In this document: positions 1 through 10,399 of the stretch, piece after piece
Layout of the letters: each line of letters starts with the position of its first letter
Numbering within the stretch: the first letter of the stretch is position 1
The notes under the pieces: generated by a model
What the model saw: the letters and a program-made list of their open reading frames with translations, nothing else
The model's database searches: none
Told to the model about the DNA's origin: nothing
Program-made: the position numbers and the translations under genes
NCBI RefSeq assembly: GCF_018350175.1
Contig: NC_058369.1
Location: forward strand, 96,906,001 to 96,970,000
Length of the DNA stretch: 64,000 bases
Direction: 5' to 3'
DNA from: Felis catus
Lineage: Eukaryota

Positions 1-780
1 TGGATTAGAACTTTGTCTGTGTTCTAGCCACTTCCACACAGACAACCAGAACTGGTCACAGATGAAAACCGGGGTGAAACCATCCAGAAGAAGTAGGAGA
101 TGGCAAGGAGTGATGAGTAAAAATGCAGAGAAGAAAATCTTTGTGGGAGAGAAATAGGCTAACCACATCTAAAAGCCGAAACAAAAAGGATTCCGATCTT
201 CTAGTTAATTTTGTTGGAGTCTGATAGGTTTCTAGAAATCACATTTCTGTTCTTCTCTGAATGTTCCAGGAAGAGCTGGCCAACATATATATGTACGTCA
301 ACAGGGCACCAGCCGGCACTGCATCTCTGGCTTGTTCTGCCTCTCGTAGATCATTCTGTCTTGTGTGGGCACAAACTTTTGGGAAATGGAGGCTCATCTC
401 CCTGATCTTCCCTGAATTATTTGGAACTGGAGTGAACAGTGCTGTGAATTTGTAGGCAAAGTTTTGTTTGTCTACCAGGGAGGATGGATCAAATAAGACT
501 GACATTCGTTTAAGCTGGTAATTTTCCCAGCTCTCTTCTCTTGAAGTGAGAGGGTGATTTTGATACATGGAGAGCTAGACAAGGAATATTGCTTAATTTT
601 TCCTCTTTATCCCTTCATATATCTTACAAGCTTGAAAATTCCCTCTAATCTACTCCTTGATATTGAAGTCGAAAAGGTATGGGTATGAGTTCCTGAAAGC
701 CTCTTATAGTGCACCCCTCCAAAATAGGTTCAGTTCAAATGTAAATAATAAAAGAGTATACAGTGGTGATCTTCCTATGG

Positions 781-965
781 GGGTGATTTTCTCAAATTTT
801 AGCATGCATCAAAAAGCACTGGGAGGGGTTGTTAAAACGCATGTTGTTGGGCCCTACTAATAGAGATTATGATTCCGAGGGTCTAACATAGGACCCGAAA
901 TTCTGCATTTCTATCAAGTATCTGGGGATCCTGATGCTGTTTTTCCATGGGCCCCTCTTTGAATG
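781..965. mobile_element. MER5A-like hAT-Charlie DNA transposon relic
   Basis: ttctcaaattttagcatgcatca...gttgttaaaac...tctgcatttctatcaag...gatcctgatgctg pattern. Confidence 0.7.
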
Positions 966-1959
966 GATTTAGGGTATAGATGTAATTTCCTCAGTATCTT
1001 ACTCCTATTTTAGTTACTTGCTGGCCTTCCAGTGCCGATAATCCTAATTATCTATGTTCCAGGAGACTCACAAGGCAGTGGGAGAAGTCCCGACTTTGAG
1101 TCACATGTATACTAAAACCTCATGAGGAGAAATTACAGTACTTTTTGTCAAGATGCCAGTGCAGTTGATAAATGGAGGAGCAAAAAGGCACTCATATCAA
1201 CTTGAAAACTGTCAACTTGTACAGTCTTTAAAGCTAGCTGAATGAAGGAGAAGAATCCCCCAGTCAGAAAATCAGCATTAAATAACTTTGTAAGGAAGTA
1301 CCACAATCTTTCTGCAGAGGAATTTCAGGATGTAACATTTTCAATTAAATGCGAGTCTGTCATGCAATTCTGAGCTGATTTCTGATAAAGCTTCAGAGAA
1401 AATGAGCTTGAATCTGTGGAACTATAGTCACGATTCAGTGTGTTTAGGGGGGGAAAAGCACTGGAGATAAAAGTCCCATCTAAGATAAGTACATTGGAAG
1501 ATGACCCACACATTGGCAAAGGAAGTGTTCTGGAAGTATTCAGAAAACAAAGCCATAGTAAACAGAAAAGCAGGATACACACATGATGGAAAAAAAAAAA
1601 AAAGCCTGTTAGGAATGTGACGAAGGAAAACAAATCAACAGCTTGCTACGCTCAAGGGTCTTTCTCTATATGATATAATGAGGATATTATGTCACTCTTC
1701 ACTAGAAGTTCTCAAGCCATGACTGAGTTAGTTTTATTTTCTCAGACCACCGCCCTTTTGGTTATTTCTGACTTACTAACCTCTAAGTATTTTTTTGCAT
1801 TTGGCTTTTACACTTAGTCCTTTTGGATTTAAGCAAAATTTACAAATGCTCTGTGTTTCCAATCTCCTATGCTATGTAACACAGAAATGAAACTAGGTGC
1901 AGAGTTAGAAAATGACAAGTACTTAAGGCCTCATGACTGTGGTAACAACTATAATATAA

Positions 1960-2180
1960 GTAATAATAGATAACATTTGACAGTTGTTATGTGCCAGCCT
2001 GGTTTTGAGCATTTTAAGTGTATCAGTTCATTTAACCCTCACACACAACTCTATGAGGAAGGTGCTATCATTATCTCCACTTTACACATTAGGAAAGTGG
2101 GTTTCAGTAAATTGCTCAACATTACAGAATAATCTCTAAGTAAGTAGAAGAACTACAGGATTTGAGATCCTCTAAGATCA
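1960..2180 (-). mobile_element. MIR SINE relic
   Basis: tatgtgccag...tcatttaaccctcaca...aactctatgagg...attatctccacttta core. Confidence 0.7.
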
Positions 2181-5100
2181 GCAAGACCAATTTGGAGCAA
2201 TCCAGCTAAGCACAGCGATTCTAGCGATGAACCAACAGGGTTGGTTCAATGTACAAACTCCTTCATACAACCAACAGAGTGGTTCTATCTCAACTAAAAG
2301 CTTTTGAGAATAAAATCTATAAGAAGTTCTGCATAAAATGCATGATAACCTTCTCAAAGCAGGGGAAACTAGCTGTAAATGTTGACATGAAGCCTTGCTA
2401 CACAAACCACATCACAAGGTACCATTTGTAAGTCACTGATTTGCTGTGCAGAGGAACCACCCAGATTGGCCAGATGAGAGAAACTGGAGGTTGGGTTGAT
2501 GTTTATAGCCATTTTAGCAGTAAATGCTTCAAACCCATGTGGGAAACCATATAATCTTGGTTAAAATATCATTTATTGGTTTGATGTGTACGTAAAACAA
2601 AATGGCATAAATGACCAGAGTAGGATATTTCATTTCATTACCACATCTTGGCAACATGCTCTCTGCATCATCCCTCAAATCCATCATACTTTTTCATTCC
2701 CAATCTAATTTCTTCCACAGGCTACTAAGCTGGATAATTCCAATCTAGTTTTACCTGCATTGATCTCTCATCTCAAAAACTCTGCTGTCCCTGTCACCTC
2801 TCTCACATGGAGATGCCCTCCCTTACACCAGTCTCCTCTGGGCTGAGTAGGAGGGTTCTAGTGCCTTAGATCTCTAGTGCCTAGTGCTCTGGTGCCTTAG
2901 ATCTCGGCAATCATTCCAAACCTATCTTTCTGTGACTATGATGAAGTTCTGACATAGTCTGGTGGCTCAACTGTCCTGAACAAATTAGAATTAGAAGAAA
3001 TCCACTTTGTTTTTCAGACTTTGCTTATATAAGAGGCTATAGAAAATGTGTCTCGATTATTTTGGCTTTTGAAGTGCAAAATGCCCAGATTCCCAGTAAA
3101 AACTAATCTCCCTGTATTGTCCCTTTCAGACCCAGATAAAAAGTTCAGAGAGACATTTCTTCCTAGAAAATGACAAGTATGCTGCCAGCTTCCTTTAGAT
3201 GCAGTAAGAACAATGCTTTTAATTCTGCCTCCTGACTCTACATGAAGATCATCAAATAAGCAGATGGAACAAGAAAATGAAATTTTAGGTATTATGGAAA
3301 TGAAATACTCAAATGACACAAATGACAATGGGCAATTTTCACATCACTCAATAAACTGAGGCTCTATTCAGCCCTTATTTGTGCCATGAGTTATTTTGAG
3401 TTTAACTTTTAAAAAAAGAATGTCAAGGAATGAAATTCTCACCCTTGGTTTTACAGGAGAGAATCTGCCTAACCAAAAAAATTCCAAGGAAAGAAACTAG
3501 CTACTTTGATGGGAAAGGGGCTGCAAGTCCATAGGGATTCCCTACTGAGGAGTGAGAACATTGTTTGCTTTTGCCCCCAACGAAATAAACTCTTCTAGAA
3601 GTAGTGCAACAGCATTTGGGATGATGCAGCCTCCTTTTACAAGAAATAACTTTCTTTTTAATATATTCCCTTGGGCACTGGGAAGGAAAATCTTTTTGCC
3701 TCTTAACTGCTGATTCAGTGACCTGAGAATTGGGTCAGAATGAAAAAATAATCTACAACTCTGCTTTTAGTTTGCTTAAGAGAAAAAGTGGGTTTAAAAA
3801 TTACATATTTTGTTGTTGTTGTTTTTTTTTAAAGGAGACATAACACCTGAATCACAGATAAATGGAATGCTGGCAAATATACTTTAATTTATGACTGTGG
3901 TTATTTTTTTATGTTAGTTGTAATTTCAATAGATATATGTAATTGACAATGTCCAATAACTTCTTTTTTTCAAACATTTCTTGTGCTTTTAAAAATTTTT
4001 TTGGGGGGGTCTATTCTTGGGCTTTTATTATCTCCACTCTTCTTGGCTATGGATAACCATAATCTAATGTTTTCTGGAATGTCACTCTTTCAAGAAAAAT
4101 GCAATATTTCAAATGATTCATTTAAAGTAACATTTAAATATACAATTTTGCATGTGACTTACTAATATATTGATGACCTGATTCTCAGTGTTTGGATGAT
4201 ATTTTTTCTGCCTTTTTAAGCAGTGAAGAACTTTACTCTTAGGAAAGATGGGGCTTTCCTAGTCAAACTTCTCCTAGTTCTTGTTTATCCCCTGTAAATG
4301 TAAATATATCACAATAGGGAAAATTTCTCCCTTCTCAATTCCTGAATTTATTGCAACTGCAATTCAATTTCATTGTCTTTGGATGGGAAATGATACTTAA
4401 GAAATTGGGCTTCTCTGAGTGCGTTAATGACGGAATATGTGTTTTCAAGGTGAGCTACAGCACAGATTTCAAGACTGTTGTCTCTCTTGGAAATACTAAA
4501 TAAGCAGTTTCAAGGATGAATAAATAACATAGAAGACATGTTTACTTGAAGGTTGTTTCTTGCCCTTTCTTGAACTTTGCTTAGACAGAGCAACCCCAAG
4601 TTTTGCATACAGAGAGTTGGAGAAAAGATTTAATAAGATCTCACTGAAAAACAATGACTATTTTCAAACAGAAAACGTACTAAAACCAAATGACCTAGTT
4701 TTGGGGGGGGGGCAAGTGTATGCTTCACAATTTACAAACATGAATTAATTTTTGTTGTTGTAGTCATTTGTGCTTAGTCTACACTATTTATATATATTTG
4801 GTAAAGGGCATGAATTTCCAAATTTTGTTTTATGGAAGAAACAGACTTTTGGAAATGTGAAAGAGGGCACATTGTGTTCACACATTATGATGTTCCCTGT
4901 TTCCCACTGTCAGTGGCTTGTTATTGGTGGTTTATTCTCATTTTGTCTAACCTCAGAGGAGAGGAGGCTTCTTTTTCACCCAGACTTTTTGCTCCTGTGT
5001 TCTCCGTTAAGAAACCCCACAAACACTTGGAAATAGGTAAAAAAAGGACTGAACCCCACATGTTTGGTTGCAATACATAGGAAGCTGTTTCCATATGAGG

Positions 5101-5837
5101 CTTAGTCTATTCCTAGGCATTGTGAAGAAGACGTCATAAATAGCCATCTTCCCCCAATTCTATGAATGTAGTTCAGCTTGAAGACTAAAATTCGAGTTTT
5201 GGGCGATCGACAACACTTGATTGATTGGATTAAATTCTGCCTTTCAAGATTTTACAATTTTTCCCTAGGAAGTTTATTCTTGCATAGCTAAAAATAACAA
5301 GTCTGTTAGGTTAACAATATATTGATTGGCAGAACCAGGTGCTAGTCATGTCATAAAGATAAACTTCTTTCCATTTTTCAAACTTATGTCATTTTGAGAT
5401 TGCCTAATGTGTGCAAAGGAGCCACCCTCACTCCTCCATACCAGAAGAAAGCTTCCTGTTAATTTCTCTGGCTCTCCTATGCTCACACATTCTCCCAGGA
5501 GATGAGCTGTTGAACTGGGTCCCTAAACATCTGCTTATAGGCTTTATTATAGGTTTCTAGGCAAGAGAGAAGCTGCAAGGCAGAGCTGGGCTGACTTGTT
5601 GGCTAGGAGGCAGCCTATGCATGGTAACTGGCAGAGCAGATAGACATGTGTGCCCCTAAAGTAGCCTATGAAAGTGAAAACATCCACTGTTAAGAGCCAT
5701 GAATAGACTAATAAATGGACCAGGGAAGCCAAGTGCAGAGACCTAGGAAGTCAGTTATAGGGCAAGAGTTAGCAGCAACTGTGTGAGCGATCATTTGCAA
5801 TACTGTGCCTTTGGGAATTTTTAAGTTTTCTGCTTCA

Positions 5838-6068
5838 GGGCATCTTGGTGGATCAGTCAATTGAGCATCTGACTCTTGATTTAGGTTCAGGTCATCATCT
5901 CACAGTTCATGGGATCAAGCCCTGTGTTTGGCTCTGTGCTGACAGCATGGAGCCTGCTTGGGATTCTCTCCCTCTCTTTCTGTCCCTTCCATGCTCATGT
6001 GCGCATGTGTGCTCTCTCTCCACCCCCCACCCCCCACTCTTGAAATGAACAAAATAAAGCTTAAAAAA
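5838..6068 (+). mobile_element. Can-SINE (older, diverged)
   Basis: tRNA-like head ggggcatcttggtggatcagtc, CT-rich body, A-rich tail. Confidence 0.9.
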
Positions 6069-7214
6069 TTAAAGCTTTGTGCTACTTTTGGGACTCCAGG
6101 ACAAGTTCTTGGAAGTAAGCAGGGCAGTTTTTATTTTTCTCGTTGATGGATAAGGTTAAATGGCTTCTGTAATTCAATAGTGAATTCAGAAAAATCCTGA
6201 ATTTAGACTATTTCAGGAAGATAATAGGTTTAGTATGATTTCACAATGCATGAGAAGCCCCCTTCACCCTAGGAGCCAGAGAGAGGGATGGTGGAATGAT
6301 ACGGGGGTATGAAACCCTCACAAGAGAGATGGGACAGAGGTTACTCAAGAATTTACAATACTTCATAACGTGACTGAGTATTGCTCCCATGATTATTTAG
6401 TGACTAAAGTGCCATTTCCAGGCCTACTCCATACAGACTGTAATTTGTCAGGATTTCCACACTTAATGTTGTATGGGAAACCAAAAATTTGAGCTTTTCT
6501 GATGAGAGATGCTTAGTTAATTGCTTTTACATTTTAGTAGGTGTCAGCTTCCCTAATGAAACATAGTATACGTGCCCAATTATGGGCAATTACCACTTGG
6601 GAATGGCTGAAACTATTTCTTTAAGAACACATCTTCTTAAGGAAATTAATCAAGAGCTCCATGTGGTATATAGGAGAGAGGATGGGATTTGTGTGAGACA
6701 GGTCTGGGTTTGAATCCCATCTCTAACTAACCACAGTACAGAGGACACATCCCTTCACTGAGCCTCAATTTATTCAGTTAATAATGAGAATAATATCCAC
6801 CCTTTCCTGGGGTCTTGGGAAGACTAAAGGAAATGAAATTATTTTTATTAAAATCAGTTGACATTCAAAAAGTAAACTCATCAAGATGAGCCCATTGGGT
6901 CACATTCTGTAGGTAAGATAAGACTGTCTCGGATAACAGATGCCATGACCTTAAGAGATGGACCATCATACCTTTCTGGATATATTCGCACTGCAAAAAT
7001 TATTAACACTGTGGATTCATTAGAAGCCAAATTAAGCTGCTTTCCCATGCCATGCCACTGTCACACAGGATGCATGCTCTGGGCAGATTTCACGCATTTT
7101 TGTCTTTGGGTTGGCAGAACTGTCAAATGCCACTTTTGAAAGATGAGGCTATCTACAGATGCTTGCATAACACAGTTAAGCAGAGAAACAAAAATAAAAA
7201 TATCCCTTGGTCAT

Positions 7215-7410
7215 TTACTGTGGGCTGGATAGCTTCTGTTCATGCTCTCAAATGCACTCTCCACCCTGCTCCCACTGCCCTGGGCCCAGAGAAACACATC
7301 TGTACAACTCCATCCTGGCCTCCTTGCCTTCTGGTTTATGGCTGAGCTCTGTTAATAGGGATCGGCGGCAGAGATTGGGAGCTGAGAGTGAGTGAGTTAG
7401 GGGTATTTAA
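7215..7410. mobile_element. ERVL LTR16/LTR33-like relic
   Basis: cctccttgccttctggttt...gcagagattggga...gagtgagttaggggtattta resembles this LTR group. Confidence 0.5.
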
Positions 7411-7926
7411 ACCTTTTTCAAGTTATGCAGACATAGAATATGACAGTATTTATGTGGGTTACTAGAGTAAATGCATAGCAACCCATAGCTAAATTGACTG
7501 GCGCAAGCCCAGCCTGGTGTCAGGATGTTAAGGGGAATTACTTTTAAGGACACCTGTAACCCATTAGTGACACACTGGGGCATTGCCTTAATATACCTCA
7601 AATTGCCCACGTTCACAAGATGTGCTCAGTAAACTTCCCATAGATGTGAATAAATTTTTAATTCGTAGTAAAAACTCAAGATTTGTTGTATAATTCTTGT
7701 TTGGTTATGACTGAATTATTCCCAGCCCTTTACTACTGCATATAGCAATTACTTCCAATAACTATATAGAAATGATATGTCATGGTTGATGCGAAACTCA
7801 ACTGTAAAAGTAAATATGATCACACATGTAAACAGTTGCTTCAGTTAAACACAATAGCACCATGTTCACTCTTCATGTGTACTACATCCTTAAGAACAAA
7901 TCAAAAGCAAATCATGCAGTGTTTAC

Positions 7927-8053
7927 CGGGTCCCTTCTCACAAGCTCTCCATTGGGTACTACTTCAACCAGGTGGATGATGATAATCATAGAATTCAGAA
8001 TATAAGTCAGAAACATGTTCTTGTGCAGAGTTACCCTTTGGCAGCCAAGGTTC
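7927..8053 (-). CDS. CALCR: CALCR coding exon, ICL1/TM2/ECL1 ([43 protein letters not shown])
   Basis: tttttcctccag|GAACCTTGGC...GACCCG|gtaaac; 127 nt, phase 2 to 0; overlaps provided ORF 7912..8100. Confidence 0.97.
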
Positions 8054-9166
8054 CTGGAGGAAAAAGTAACAGCATTAACCGGTGCCAAAAATATTGACAT
8101 ACCTGGAAAAAAATTTTTTTGGTAATATTTGTATTATTTCCTTTAGCAATAGATGAGAGACATATAGAAATAAGTGAGACTGGTCCCATCTTTAAGACTC
8201 ATTACTACTTTTCTGCCTGATTTTTAAGAACAGTTTTCTAGTCACGGTAGCTCATAGTTTTCAGTCCTCAGGGTGACTTCATACAATAACTGAAAGAGTG
8301 AGTGATAAAATCACTTTTAATTATACCAAATGTCGTGAAATTAATTAAGAGAAGGACTCTTACAAGAGAAACCATTAGGGTTTGGAGTGTGCTTCAGATG
8401 AAAAGTCGAATATTCATTGATGTAACCGGGCAGAAATTGTGTGGCAAATGGGATAACAGAGCATGAAGTCAGAACCAAGGCTGCCCTTGACAAAGTACTG
8501 AATCTGTGTCCTTGACCCATCACAGACACAGACTTTATTAAGTCTCCGTCATTCTTCTCTTTTGCTATTTTTTCTAACATCTTCTTCGTATTTCTCATAT
8601 TCCAACTGGAATCAACTCTGTGGTTCTCCCTTTCCACATCCTCCTGATGGTGGAGCTCAGACACAGGCACAGAATTCTACATAGGCTCAAATTTGATCTC
8701 ATTATAAGGCATATTGTGGTTTGGATCTGATGAAACCCATCCACGTGCCGCCGCTTGTTGGCATAGCCATTTCCCACCTTTTGGACACTAAACAATTTGT
8801 TGGAATTTTCATTCCTTTCTCCTCCATTTCATAAGCTTGTACATACGTATTTGTGTGAATGATCACATAAATAAACATTAGTTTGGATATCCTATTCCAC
8901 TTTTTGATGCAAATGGAGAGAGTCCTGTAGGATGGCTATAACAAAATTGGAATGATTATCCAAGAGGAATAAAAATCTTGCATTTACCATAACTGATCCA
9001 GTCAAAAAACATTTAGCATAATGTGAAAATCTAAAACATTCAATTAATGATGCCAATGACTGATCATAGTAATTATTCCTAATTCATGGAATAAAGGATT
9101 CCAGGAATTTTGAAAAGGAAATTCTGGGGAAAGATGAAATATGAGAATGGTCTGGCTTTACTTAAC

Positions 9167-9207
9167 AATGCTTTCCTAAATTTCGAATCAAAAGAAAATG
9201 CAATTAT
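9167..9207 (-). pseudogene. Degenerate homolog of the human CALCR 48-nt ICL1 insert (CTb) cassette exon; 41 nt here, frame-breaking
   Basis: tttttacaacag|ATAATTGCATTTTCTTTTGATTCGAAATTTAGGAAAGCATT|gttaag; the 3' part reads FSFDSKFRKA(L) versus recalled human FPLNWKYRKAL; lies in the expected intron. Confidence 0.75.
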
Positions 9208-9415
9208 CTGTTGTAAAAAGTCGATTTAAGTAATAAGGGCATCTGTTAAAACATATTTTGATTATTGTAACTACACCTTTCAACATTCAGGAAGCACAAC
9301 CATTAGTAAATAGTTAACACAGAATATCTTAAATTTTTCAACTTGCTGAGCAGGGATAGAATGCAGAACTTTATATCCAGGAAGGGTTTAGAGAAGAACT
9401 TAAACACACGCATGT

Positions 9416-9416
<1 letters not shown>

Positions 9417-9451
<35 letters not shown>
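9417..9451. repeat. (CA)n microsatellite
   Basis: Directly visible, one interruption. Confidence 0.95.
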
Positions 9452-10126
9452 CCCTGTACTACTTTATTTGACAGCAGAAAACTCTGTTAAATAAACCAAA
9501 CCTAATTGGTTTTATAATAGTACTATAAAAGTAGGTTGCAAATTTAAGGCTTTAAAAAGAAAAAAAATTACTTATGGGAAACATCATACCCATTTATACT
9601 GCATAAACTCTTCAATATTGCAACTGGTACATTAAACCTGTGACCTGCCATTTTCCATATAGTCATAATAGCATTTCATAATTCTTCTCACTGGGGGGAA
9701 AATATCTGTGGCCTCATTACTGGATTCTGCCTGGCTTAAACCAACGACACTTGGCATTATCCAGAACTAAAGAGTATGGATAAATGCATCACACAGTGCT
9801 ACTGTTCTCATGCCTGGTTTTCTTCTGATCAGGTAGAGTTCAATAATCTGCTGATATACAACATTAGTTTAAAGGACTGGTTAATGCTCAATCTTCTGTG
9901 TAAACCAAAAATCGACTTCCTCTACTTCTAGCTTATTACTCCCTGGCCCTTTTATCCTTACTTTATTATTTTTTTCTTTTAAGACCACCTTCTGACATAT
10001 CATATATTTGTTTATTGCCTGTTATTTTCTCCATTTCTTTCACTAGAGTGGGAGTGCTAAAGGATTTGTTTTGTGCACCTAGAACAGTGTTTGACACCTT
10101 GTAGGGCTTGATACTCATGTTTTTTA

Positions 10127-10399
10127 TTTTTATTTATTGATTTTATTTTTATTTTATTTTTTAAAGTTCTTTGAACTTTTTTATTTTTAATTTTTTTTAA
10201 CGTTTATTTATTTTTGAGACAGAGAGAGACAGAGCATGAACGGGGGAGGGTCAGAGAGAGGGAGACACAGAATCTGAAACAGGCTCCAGGCTCTGAGCTG
10301 TCAGCACAGAGCCCGACGCGGGGCTCGAACTCACAGACCGCGAGATCATGACCTGAGCCGAAGTCGGCCGCCCAACCGACTGAGCCACCCAGGCGCCCC
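10127..10399 (-). mobile_element. Can-SINE (SINEC_Fc-like, young) with long composite tail
   Basis: Intact CpGs; TSD tcatgtttttta at 10115-10126 and 10400-10411. Confidence 0.95.

Noticed and set aside
239-568. 109-aa minus-strand ORF as a further CALCR exon or retrogene
   Set aside because: No similarity to CALCR or to any protein I recognise; no poly(A)/TSD signature
1-7926. Homolog of the rodent 37-aa ECL1 insert (C1b) exon
   Set aside because: No convincing match by eye; it may lie outside the window or be rodent-specific, and tBLASTn would decide
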